Part shown: piece after piece, positions 10,722 to 22,035 of the stretch
Layout of the letters: every line of letters starts with the position of its first letter
How positions within the stretch are numbered: the stretch's first letter is position 1
Source: Macrostomum lignano
Taxonomy: Eukaryota
Reading direction: 5' to 3'
Length of the DNA stretch: 24,873 bases
Assembly (NCBI GenBank): GCA_002269645.1
Contig: NIVC01005144.1
Location: 1 to 24,873 of the forward strand
Position numbers and translations under genes: made by a program
The notes under the pieces: model-generated
Seen by the model: the letters and a program-made list of their open reading frames with translations, nothing else
Told to the model about the DNA's origin: nothing
Databases searched by the model: none

Positions 10722-10943
10722 TTAAAGTTGGCCCGAGTCTTCATCAGCGTATGCTCGGGCCTCGGAGTGCGGCTGTGAGCACCTGCGGCACTGATGAGTT
10801 CTGTTGCAGCCGCTGAGACTGTTGAAGTCGAAACAGACCGGTGGCTGCGTTCGCTTTTTAGGCGCTCTTGCATTTATCAATTTGTTGGTGCCATCAAGTG
10901 TGTTGCCACCAGACGCTGACAGCACTCCACCGCATTCCGTCAT
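10722..10943 (-). pseudogene. YR-element gag remnant with Cys/His finger
   Basis: PVCFDFNSLSGCNRTHQCRRCSQPH resembles Ngaro/DIRS ORF1 fingers and sits upstream of RT. Confidence 0.65.
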
Positions 10944-11049
10944 GCTGGAAAATCTCGAGAAGCCCTCAAGGACTACTACTACTCTTTGAACGTATGTACG
11001 CTCGTATGTCCATTCTCTCTAAGCGATTGCGCCAATCCCTAGCAAGACT

Positions 11050-11116
11050 CCAGGTGATCCTACATCACTTGTTTATGTACAGTAGCTCTGTTGAGCAACT
11101 GGTGGTATTTTGGCCA
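11050..11116. repeat. Direct repeat A, right copy (5' end of the YR element)
   Basis: 61/67 identical to 6426-6492. Confidence 0.9.
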
Positions 11117-13253
11117 GTATTCAACAAAGATACAGAATAAAAATCTACCTTTTTTGTCATTGTTCATGAATCACGAGTATGAGTACTAGCAGCAAAGTAG
11201 TTTTCAAAAGGAACGCGACTTTCTGCTCTCTCTTTAAACTTCTATCATTTCCTAGAAAGAGCAGCGTTGCTGACTGCACACCTACAGTTATGATCTGGAG
11301 AGGTGCACCACAAGGTGCATTTGTTTCCCAAGGATTTGTACGAGAGATGGAGATGGGATCTACCGAGTGTATTGGTGTATTGGTAGACTGACAGAAACAG
11401 GACGAAATCGTTTCTGTCAGTTGCACCACATGCATTGCTTATTTATGCACTTCAATCCGTGATGGATCACATGGGAGTCTGCGCCAAGAACGTACTGCCT
11501 GCCAGATACCCCAATATGGTAAAAAGACGCCGTTTTTTGTACCAAAAGACTCGCCTTTGGTTTTGTCATGGTTTCACCGTTTTGCCCAGTGCAAAGTCAA
11601 GGTAAAATCTTATGCTACTGAAATAGAATTATATGCGTGCTGCTTATGCAACGCTTGTATTCTGGATTAATTACTTTTTTAATATTTTACACACACTGGA
11701 TAGGCGTCTTGGTCTTCCTACTCAGTTTTCAGCCAGCACGATAGGTCTGGTTACAGCTGGATGCTATAATTAAACGCTGCAAAAAACTCAGAGGTATCAG
11801 TTAAAACCGAGTTTTCCTCTTTTATGAGAAGCATTGTAGGAGCAATTGGCAATGCAGGGTCTGGAGATTTCGGATCCCATAATGTTTTTTGTTGCTAGAC
11901 GAGTTGAAGCTAGCTCTGGATTCCCCGACAGCCCATAGATATTGCATTTCTACTATTCTAAAGTCGGCATTAACCTACCTGATCAGGTCATACATTTGAG
12001 CATTTAAACATTTCTGAGCATCTATATTCTACATTTGAACACTCCTTCCATGACCTCACCAGCGCACTCTACGACTCCAACTCGTAGGAAGGGAGGAAGG
12101 ATGTTGGCACGAAGCCCGACGCTCAGGAGGTCACTCGTTCTGGTTTTTTTAAATTGGGTACTGATTATTCAGGAGGATGTATGTGCAGCCTTCTATCCGA
12201 TACAGATGCAAACATCCAATGATGCGTGCTGTCGATGATATCAGCCAGACGGTGCGAACAATATTGGCCATTATAGCTAGTAACGAAGCCACTTTCTGGG
12301 TGGAAAACCTTTTGTTAAAGTGTCTACAAGAAACAATTGGAAACTCTGGCACTCAATCTTTCAGGCTGTGAATAAAAAATAAAGGAAAAGTGGACTTAAT
12401 TTTGTAAAATAGTGAACTGCAAAAATCCAGATCTGCACGTCTGGTTTACTAGTCCTAGCAGACATCCGATTTCTGCCGCCCTTGATGACAACATTATAGG
12501 TTTCTTAGTGATTTAGCCGACTCAATCGACCAATCTCAGTGTGGTAAAGGACGCGCGCGCAATCGAACTATCACATTGGAGACGAAATTAGCAATTGTTC
12601 ATCTCTTTGCGTGGCATGGTAGATTTCTGCTCGGAAATTCTACTCAATTGGTGTTTCCTACATCCTTACGTCTAGAGTGGTGGGAATTAGTTCATATCTA
12701 AGGAGCAGGTATTACTGAGTACACGGCTTATGTTCTGTTCGCCACAATCGCTGAGCACTTTTTCCCATCTATATTAATTACAACATTAAAAATGCTTCTC
12801 GATACGTTCTCTTTAGGACTCGTAAAGAAACGATCAAAAGTAGCCCAATCATCTGTTACGATGCAAGATAGTAAAGCAAAGAAGCTCATGTACACCTGAG
12901 TGTTTTGTTTCTCTCAAGATATGTTCATGTGATTATCTGCATAAGCACGAAACTCCAGACGCAGTTATTTAATTAAAATTTCAAAAATACGTTAGCATAG
13001 ATCCTTATACATTCTGGAACTGTAGTACTCTAGATCTCTAGTTCTGGTCTGGTCAAATCTGTTAATTCTCAAACCGGATTTTCAACAGGTACCCATCACT
13101 ATGGCATCCACAGAGACTTGCTGAGCATACTGTTCACTTCATCCTATGCAACATGCAAAAGCTTGCGACGGGCTAGCTGCCTAACTCGCTGATACGAGCT
13201 AGTATGCGTCCGAAACGAATACTAGCAGACTGGTAATGCTAGGCTTTGAATTG

Positions 13254-13343
13254 TAACTACTAACTAACTAACTAATTAACTAACTAACTAAGTAAGTAAG
13301 TAACTCACTAACTAACTGACTAACGACTTTGTAACTAACTAAT
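13254..13343. repeat. Imperfect (TAAC)n microsatellite
   Basis: taactaactaac... with taag variants. Confidence 0.9.
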
Positions 13344-13603
13344 TTATTAAGTAAAATCAAGCAGTGACTCCCCCGATAAAATGGCAGTCAAATGGCTGGA
13401 CACTATTGCTCAGCATAAATTAATTTACCAATGGGAATTTCCACTTCCGGCGAGTGTATTGGCTGCTGAGCACGCTGTCCAATGACAGTCAAGCCAGGCG
13501 CTTTTAAAAATCCTTGAATACCTTGTCCTGCTCTGTCTTCGCTGTCAACTTCATTATATTTTGCATCGCACTTAGACAGGGACGGAAATCTCCTCTCGAA
13601 GTC

Positions 13604-13780
13604 ATGCAGGTGCAGCACGACTCCAACGATTCCACTATCGCAGGTCAGTCGAGCCCGGCGAATCTCGGGCCTGTGCAGCAGTCATTGCTGGGCATTCTCA
13701 TGCTCAGCCTGAGCCTGCTAACGTCAGCCGGTAACGCACTGGTTTTGCACGCAGTCAGAACTGACAAGCGATTGCAGACT
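13604..13780 (+). CDS. HRH1: Histamine H1-like GPCR, exon 1 (N-terminus, TM1)
   Basis: MQVQHDSNDS...LSLLTSAGNALVLHAVRTDKRLQT; GTGAGC donor at 13781, phase 0. Confidence 0.88.
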
Positions 13781-13945
13781 GTGAGCTTTCGTGTTTGTAA
13801 AAATTACCAGCATACAGTTTATTATTTATTCTCACGTGCCTAGTGTGACCAAACAGCTTATCCATTTGTAAGGAAAACACATTCATTCGGTCGGGTTTGT
13901 GCTCAAGACCTAAGTAACTAAACGTAGCTAAAGTAGAAAAGTATA

Positions 13946-14405
13946 GCAGTTGAATGGCTGGCAGTTGAATGGCTGGCAGTTGAATGGCTGGCAGTTGAAT
14001 GGCTGGCAGATGAATGGCTGGCAGTTGAATGGCTGGCAGTTGAATGGCTGGCAGTTGAATGGCTGGCAGATGAATGGCTGGCAGTTGAATGGCTGGCAGT
14101 TGAATGGCTGGCAGTTGAATGGCTGGCAGATGAATGGCTGGCAGTTGAATGGCTGGCAGATGAATGGCTGGCAGTTGAATGGCTGGCTGTCAAATGGCTG
14201 GCAGTTGAAAGGCTGACTGTCAAATGGCTGGCAGTTGAATGGCTGGCAGTTGAATGGCTGGCAGTTGAATGGCTAGCAGTTGAATGGCTAGCAGTTGAAT
14301 GGCTGGCAGTTGAATGGCTGGCAGTTGAATGGCTGGCAGTTGAATGGCTAGCAGTTGAATGGCTAGCAGTTGAATGGCTGGCAGTTGAATGGCTGGCAGT
14401 TGAAT
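13946..14405. repeat. 15-bp minisatellite (GCAGTTGAATGGCTG), about 30 copies, in GPCR intron 1
   Basis: Direct reading; the GCAGAT variant recurs every 60 bp in the left half. Confidence 0.97.
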
Positions 14406-14734
14406 TTCATTGTCAAAATAGCATCTCGTAAGCCAGCAATATTAGCTTCTTAGACAAAATATGACTTACCGAATAATATTTTCCGCTTGACCGCGATGAC
14501 TTCCAGTAATCAGTTTTTACGAGTATCTATAAGAGCCGCAATAGCTGATTGAAGACTCCTTTAAACTCAGAGTTTTCAGACAAGGAGGATGAATTCAGCT
14601 TTTAAAAAATCCTCTGTGCTACACTCCTTTATCCCGATTTCATTTTGCGAGTAAAATGGAACCCCTTGCTGCAATAGGCCAGGGGTGTTGTCTTGCGAAT
14701 CACACTAATGAGGACCAACCCCCAAGGCACAGAG

Positions 14735-14903
14735 AGTGTACATGCCCGACGATTAGAGAGTCAGGGCCCCTGTGTGAGAGTGTGCCTGCGAGTGATGTGC
14801 TCAGGAGCCAGCGGAACGGGCAGAGTTGCCGTCAGCGCTGGTTGTGGGATGATGTCGTCGAAGTCGTTGGCGCCAGGTTGGCCGCAGCCCTCCTGCGAAT
14901 ATT
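14735..14903 (+). repeat. Dispersed structured repeat, copy 1 (candidate ncRNA or SINE-like element)
   Basis: About 70% similar by eye to 23414-23622; stems conserved through compensatory changes. Confidence 0.7.
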
Positions 14904-16801
14904 TATAATAGGACTGTGTGAACTTTAAAAATGAGCGCGGGAGTAGAGATGCTATTCTTGGTTGAGTCGGTACTTTGCGTGTTCATAAAACAGTCAGAAC
15001 ATACAAACGTAAAAAATTCTATATTTCTAGAATTTTGAATTGGTTCTGTTTAATCTGAAGCTTTTGAAAGTGCTACTTCCATTTCAATTAATTGATACAG
15101 ACAAAAGACTGTTTTCTAATCCACAAAGTCGCCCTTCGCTTTGAAAAAAATTGACTATACACTTGAAATTTTCTGATCCTGCCTCCGCCTCCTCATCCTG
15201 AAGAGATTAGGAGCCCTCTCATCCCGAAGGGTTTTGTCTAACATTGAGACGCACGCGAGAACAAATCCAGGATCACGTGAACACGTGAAAAGGTTAAAAT
15301 AAATTAAAGAGTTGACGTCAGCGCTGGTGCCGTGAGACGAAGTGGCCATCATTACCATTAGCAAATTCATGCAGAGCAAAGACACCTTTTCTGTTCCTAA
15401 AAAAACTTCAGGGCAACCATTTTTCGCCAGTAGCAAATGATTCACTCGCTTGGCCGGCAAGCAGCTGGCGGAGCCAGAGAGAATTCTATTGGGAGAAGCA
15501 GCTGTCTCACAGGCTGGTGGTGTTAAATTATTGACGAGGCCAAGGTTTCCGGTAACGCGGGAATATTCAAGTATCGGATCTGATAATCAATAGTGCATGC
15601 CTTCTCTGCTTGAGTTTATCAAGACTTTTCAATTCTGACTTGATTCCGCGGCTGTCTGTCACTCCGTAACTCGTCACAGACAGTCAGTAAGCTTTGCATT
15701 GCACAGCGAAGTGTGGTCAAAACTATACGGTTCCCGAGATTAATAATTAATATAGATAAAATTATTCACAAATTTTTACTGTCAACTCACCGAATCGCCA
15801 CATAAATTACTGAGCTCTGTATTAGCCAAGTGAAAGAAATAATTTCAAGGCCGACATTTCACGTCTTGTCGACTGATTGCGTGATGGTTCAATCTGATTA
15901 CTCCCAAAGCGGAGAGGTAATTAGATCACGCTACAGCTGGGTGAATCTAGTGGGCATCCCAGACTGATTTAAAAGAGGCCAGATCAACAGAATAGAACAA
16001 AAACAGGTTGCTCTGCTCTCTTTGCCCTGTGGTGATGAAATGACCGCAGTCACTTCCAGTTCACAAGCGGCAACTGTGCTAGATATTGTTTCATTTCATT
16101 GCTTGGTAACCAGTTATAGCAAGGTTGCGAATAAGGTGCTCGCGGCTCGCTATAGGGCCGTGATTCAGCACACAAAATTGCTAAATGGTTTTGCGAAAAA
16201 ATTCAATTTCACGACACGGTCGCTTGATAAATGACTTTGACTCTCAGCTCAGTTATTGATCAGTTTTTTTCGGCGCTTAAAAGGGACTGTTTCAGCTGAT
16301 TTCATTCCAGCAATTGCACTGCATTAACGGCATTCATTTTGAAAAGCAAAATGAAGATTTGCTGTTAATTGAAGTAGAAGTAGAACACATTTGGCTATCA
16401 AAGGTATTTTCGTGTACGCTCTCTAGCTACGAGTATATCATACGAGGATAAACAACCCGTGCTCAGATGAGGGTCAATATTTTAGCCATAATTGATATTT
16501 TCCCCAGCTTCTGCTGTTCCAAGGATCATTTGAAGCCAGTACGCGCCTGGTCCAGGGTGGTTTCACCAGTTTATGGACTTTGATTTCGGACAAATACTAT
16601 ATTGGAGACTGGCAGTGAAGCAAAATGAAAGCTTTTCTCATCTGCATGATACGTTTTTCTAAACAGATAATTCTAGTCTGAAGGTTGAGAAACCATTTCT
16701 GCTAAAAAACCAATCGAAAAAGGTTGCATTAAACAATAATTCATTCGTTAACAGAATCATCAATTAACATTCGGTCAAACACATTAGCCACTTGCAAGTA
16801 T

Positions 16802-17479
<678 letters not shown>

Positions 17480-18460
17480 AATTTGGTCTTTAAATGGTCT
17501 TCACAACTTTCAAGGTGCTACGCTATCGTTACCAGAACTATAATTTATAGGAAGATTACTCCTACGAGCCAGCGCATGCCCTGAATCGATTGAGCAGACG
17601 GACACGGTTGGCAGGAGCTCAGCTAGTGCGCGCAACTCCCACGCGCAGCCTTGCCTAATGGCTCGCAGTCAATTCAAACCAACAACTTGAAGCTCTCAAC
17701 AGTGAAAGATGAGTGCAGGCGGGATGCTGTGCACGGAAACGTTTTCTATGTCGGCGTCCGCTTGGCACCCGAGCTCGCGAACCGGACAAAACAAGACCGG
17801 ACGCTAAAGCGAGATGGAGCTAAGCTTTCAGGGACGCGGGTTATTTAGCGTATGGGAGTCTGCAGTCAATGGATTAAGTGCAAGGGCAGTATTAACTATT
17901 GCTCAGGGAGGGGCTGACTCAGACTGCAATAGATAACTTGAATTAAGTGAGTTTTTAAAAACTCAACCACTATTTCAAATGTGCAACTGAATTTGATTAA
18001 GATGCCAAAAGTACATTTAAATGCAAGTTTCTGTCTTATCATTATCATATAAATAATAATTTCGACATAGAGCTCTAGTAGAGAAATAATTGATCCGCTG
18101 GAGCCCAACTTTGTCTGAAAGTGGGTGGAGAATCAGGCGACTCGCAAAAGTAATTGACTGGGCCCGCGCCCCATCGCTGATCTCGTCAGAAATCCCAGTC
18201 CGGAGCCGACATGCCTATGGGCCACTATTTATAGTTTAACTTCTTCTTTTCTGACTCGGAATAACTTCTCCTCTCAACGCATAGATTATGCCAAGATGAG
18301 ACAGTAGGACCCGGCAGTTGGATCGATAAGAACTGGCTACTTCAGAAAGTTCAGCTGGCGAAGTACTGAAAAGTACTCGTCATAATGGAAAATTACATTT
18401 AAGCTTAATCTCTAATTTCTCTGCGAATGGCACAGGCGTACGTCTTGGCCTTAATTTCAG

Positions 18461-18558
18461 GTGTGCAACATGTTCATTGTCTCTCTGGCCTCCGCGGATT
18501 TTATTGTTGGCGCATTTGTAATGCCAGTGTCGGCCGTGTACGTGCTGTCAGGCAGGTG
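18461..18558 (+). CDS. HRH1: Histamine H1-like GPCR, exon 2 (TM2)
   Basis: tttcag acceptor; VCNMFIVSLASADFIVGAFVMPVSAVYVLSGR; GTAAGT donor, phase 2. Confidence 0.9.
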
Positions 18559-18807
18559 GTAAGTGAAACAGCGTATTGGCGAGGCTGCGGAGATGATCGG
18601 TTTGGTAAATATGTCGTTTAGGCAAAATTTTTGGTTGGAACTTAAATGTAATAAAAGTATATCTCGAGATAGTTAATATCACGTATAGCATAGTTTCGAC
18701 CTTTTAGCTTGCATGTTTAGCCGTGTGAACAAAAAATGTTAGACAGCTCTATTTGAAGTCTCCTCATGTCCAATTTAATACTGAGCTGCTTTGCAAACAA
18801 TTTCAAG

Positions 18808-19045
18808 GCGATTCGGCCGCGCCTTGTGCCAAGTGTGGCTGTCTCTTGACTACACGGCTAGCACGGCATCGATTTTGAACCTGCTAATCCTCAGTCTGGA
18901 CCGCTATTGGTCTGTGACGGCGCCTCTGCGGTACCTGCCCAAGCGCACCAGGAGCCGGGCGCGGCTAATGATAGCTGGCGTGTGGGCCACCTCGGGCCTG
19001 TGGATTGTGCCGATCTTCTGCTGGCACTGGATGGCCAGTCACGGG
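18808..19045 (+). CDS. HRH1: Histamine H1-like GPCR, exon 3 (TM3-TM4)
   Basis: (W)RFGRALCQVWLSLDYTASTASILNLLILSLDRYWSV..PLRY; D3.32 and DRY; tttcaag acceptor; the donor (GTGTGT) is less certain. Confidence 0.9.
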
Positions 19046-19466
19046 GTGTGTTTTCTTTCTCTGATTAAATGATAGAGCTGTGGTAAATTAGGAGTTTTCT
19101 CTGACAGTTTGCCGCTGCTCCCGAACGTAGACATGGCAACTCTGCTGCATGTCTTTCGTCTCCTAAGAAGTATTAGCTAATTCTTTGCGTCGTTGGCTGA
19201 CTAGGAACAATAATTAATTTAGACAGCAGAACTCGCTGAATCACGGTTGTCTCAAAATGAGAGCAGTGTTACAAGGTGCCCCTTGAGAGCATAACCTAGG
19301 CCACTCTGCCGATCAACGGCAGCAGCAGCAACTCGTGCAAGAGCTGTGTAGGCAATGCGCGGATGTAATATAGCTTTTTGCAGCCCATTTTGGCCTACGT
19401 GCATTGATACGTTTGCCAATGCAACGAAGCTTTGTCTATGGTAGCAAGGCTGGCACAGCGGCATTT

Positions 19467-19732
19467 AATTTGGTCCAACAAGCATCAATTTGGTCCAACA
19501 AGAGTCAATTTGGTCCAACAAGCATCAATTTGGTGCAACAAGAGTCAATTTGGTCCAACAAGCATCAATTTGGTCCAACCAGCATCAATTTGGTGCAGCA
19601 AGAGTCAATTTGGTCCAACAAGAGTCAATTTGGTCCAACAAGAGTCAATTTGGTCCAACAAGAGTCAATTTGGTCCAACAAGAGTTAATTTGGTCCAACA
19701 AGAGTCAATTTGGTCCAACAAGCTTTGGACCA
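19467..19732. repeat. 20-bp tandem array (AATTTGGTCCAACAAGAGTC/GCATC), 13 copies, ending in an inverted half-unit; GPCR intron 3
   Basis: tggtccaaca starts every 20 bp from 19471 to 19711; ttggacca at 19725-19732. Confidence 0.95.
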
Positions 19733-20242
19733 CCAAGCAAACGTATCTTGGATTAAACTAAATGCGCGTAAGCCCAAATGGGCTGCAAAAAGCTACACTA
19801 CTGCCTTTGACGATCTAAAAAAGACTCCATTTGTTCCCCAACAAAGCAACACGAGCAATGTGGTCATAGACTACGACCGTTTAAGCCATAGGCTATAGAG
19901 AATTGAGATTATGTTGACTAAGCGTTAACGGTCATCTGTTGGAATTGATGGAGTCATAAAAGCCTACAATTTAAGTTCAGACTGAGGGACTCGTTCTCGT
20001 ACTGATAGGCTGCGTCCCATAGGCGTACTCATTCATGTTGCAATATTATGCACGGTTTTTGACGGAAACCCAAATTCCCGAAGACTAATAGGAGCCACTC
20101 TGGCGGGCAACTTACTTTGCAGTCGTCAGTAGATTCTTCAGTAAATTGATGTCTCCACTGACTTAGGGTACATGACCGTTCTGCTCGTGGTATGTTCCCT
20201 TGCATCATTTTCCAACATTCAAAATCTTCCAACTCCTGTCAG

Positions 20243-20518
20243 ATCCACACGATCCCGATAAGCGAGTGCGATCCAGAATACAAGGAGAGCTTCCCGCTGA
20301 AAATTGTGACTGGCTTGCTTAACTTCTACATCCCGTTATCGGTGATGTACGTCTTGTACGGCCGGATTTTCCAAGAAATTCGCAAGCGCTCCAAGCTCGA
20401 GAAGCAGAGCGGCAGAGGGCGCTCCGGCGCCAATGAGCCGCTCATCAGGCAGCCGAACCAGCGGGACCGACAAAGCGACAGGAGAGGTCGACCACCTGTA
20501 AATAATGATAGTGGGCAG
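20243..20518 (+). CDS. HRH1: Histamine H1-like GPCR, exon 4 (ECL2, TM5, start of ICL3)
   Basis: ctgtcag acceptor; IHTIPISECDPEYKESFPLKIVTGLLNFYIPLSVMYVLYGRIF; CAG/GTAAGA donor. Confidence 0.9.
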
Positions 20519-21390
20519 GTAAGAAAAGTCGTTTGTAATTGTTGTTTCACGATATAACTCATGCCTCTCAGTGCGCTTTTGGCGCCTGCTTGGACGGCAG
20601 AGTTCATATATTTATTATCAATGCTCATGCGCTCCAAAACCATTTTTTTGCCAGGAAAGATGCATTCACGGTGAAGTTTTTCTTCAAGCCTCAGCTGAGA
20701 TAAAGGCTCATGCATTGACTCCTTCTCATTTTAAAGCACCAAAAATTATCAAAAGCCTTCCAATCATTCTTCGAAATTTGAAGCTAGCCAGAGTCCAGGA
20801 GTGGAATTTGCTCATCTAACTCCCATAACCCCCTGCGGTGCGTGAGCTGAGCAGCCAGAGATTTCGATCCGTCAGCGAGAGAAGTATCAGGCCAAGACTT
20901 GAAGAGGATCCTGTCGGAATTAAGCCGCCGGAGGGGCGTCTATAAAGCTTCCGGTTCGATGGGTTGAAAAAGTACAACATGCAATTGATAACCGCACTTG
21001 GCTGTCAGGAAAATTCCAACCTCAGTATTTATTTTTGAATCCATGGAGACTCAAGCATTCGTTTTGGCTGATCTGTTCGAATCTAAACAGAGTTTCGGTT
21101 GGCAAACAACAAGTCAAAAAAGCATTCTATGAGAAGTGCATATAATGTTTACACGTAAGCATTAGCTTAAAAGATAGGCACCTTATTTTTGTTCTAGCTA
21201 CCAACAAAAGCTATTCAATTTTTTCCGTCTGAGCATTGAGCCAGGTCTATTCAGCAGAGATTCTCTCAGTTCTTGAACAGTACATACATAGTCAGTCAGC
21301 TGTAAATGAAACACTATTACACTTTCAATGCGCATAACAAAATAGCAGAGACTTAAAAATAGCAAAATAGCGATATCCATCCCTTTTCAG

Positions 21391-22035
21391 GTTACGTTTC
21401 GCTTCAGCCGCTCTGCAGCTGCCGTCACAGTCACCGTGGCCGGTGACCAATCGTCACCCCAGCGGACGCCCTCACCTGTAGGCGAGTCAATGGCGTCGCT
21501 AGGCAACGGGCCGTCATCGCAGCCGACAATGGAAGTGGCTGCTGAGGACGCGGATGGCAATGACGTCACCTCGACTAACCGAGCTGAGGCTGGTCGTGGC
21601 GACCTGTTGGTTCTGCTGCGAAGACTGCGCAACAGCCAGACAGTCCGCTGGCCACGATTCAGGCTGAGCAGCTCCCTGCAGAAGGAGGTGAAAGCGGCAA
21701 AGCAGCTTGGCGTCATCATGGGCGCCTTCACCGCCTGCTTCCTGCCCTACTTTGTGCTCTTCGTGGTCGTTGCCTTCTGCCCCGACTGCGTCAGCGACAG
21801 CCTCATGCTGGTTGCAACGTGGATCGGGTACGCGAACTCCACCTTCAACCCGGTACTTTACCCGCTGTGCAATCATGCGTTCAGGCGGAAGTTCCGCAGC
21901 ATGCTGTGCTGCGGCAGGCGCAGAGACGCTGAGCTTGAGGCCACCCGCGCCCTCTACCAGAGGGGTCGGGCCACCTTCGGCGCCGCCGCCGCTGTTGTGG
22001 CTGTCAACCGTCGGGCTCTGGATGGGCCTCAGTAA
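21391..22035 (+). CDS. HRH1: Histamine H1-like GPCR, exon 5 (ICL3, TM6, TM7, C-tail, stop)
   Basis: ttttcag acceptor in frame; KEVKAAKQLGVIMGAF, CFLPYF, WIGYANSTFNPVLYPLCN closely match HRH1 KAAKQLG...WLGYINSTLNPLIYPLCN. Confidence 0.93.
   Translation, partial: VTFRFSRSAAAVTVTVAGDQSSPQRTPSPVGESMASLGNGPSSQPTMEVAAEDADGNDVTSTNRAEAGRGDLLVLLRRLRNSQTVRWPRFRLSSSLQKEVKAAKQLGVIMGAFTACFLPYFVLFVVVAFCPDCVSDSLMLVATWIGYANSTFNPVLYPLCNHAFRRKFRSMLCCGRRRDAELEATRALYQRGRATFGAAAAVVAVNRRALDGPQ

Larger units (their letters stand above)
6426..11116 (-). mobile_element. Decayed tyrosine-recombinase retrotransposon (DIRS order, Ngaro/PAT-like), interrupted by a Gypsy insertion
   Basis: Order on the - strand is gag-like Cys/His finger, RT, RNase H, YR; 67-bp direct repeats at both ends; many frameshifts, deletions and stops. 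Confidence 0.88.

Noticed and set aside
10785-10855. Hammerhead-like CTGATGAG...CGAAAC
   Set aside because: Stem II pairs poorly, the required U before the cleavage site and stem I are absent, and it is antisense to gag
12149-12352. Minus-strand ORF ending QYPI, echoing ENaC exon 2
   Set aside because: Only about 12 nt are shared; no HG or FPAV motif; stop immediately after
13918-14223. STASH and NGWQL repeat ORFs
   Set aside because: By-products of the 15-bp minisatellite inside a GPCR intron; no splice or codon support
15155-15460. 101-aa minus-strand ORF in GPCR intron 1
   Set aside because: No recognisable motif or splice signals; may be a decayed TE fragment but unsupported
18160-18215. 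Short 5S rRNA-like stretch (cgcgccccatc...ctgatctcg)
   Set aside because: Similarity covers about 20 nt only; the 5' and 3' 5S sequence and box C are not recognisable
19404-19761. Repeat ORFs or CRISPR-like array
   Set aside because: The stop-free 20-bp unit explains the ORFs; units are contiguous with no spacers and the context is eukaryotic
20850-20945. Short open stretch in GPCR intron 4 (ELSSQRFRSV...)
   Set aside because: No convincing acceptor, ends in a stop, and exons 4 and 5 already join in frame
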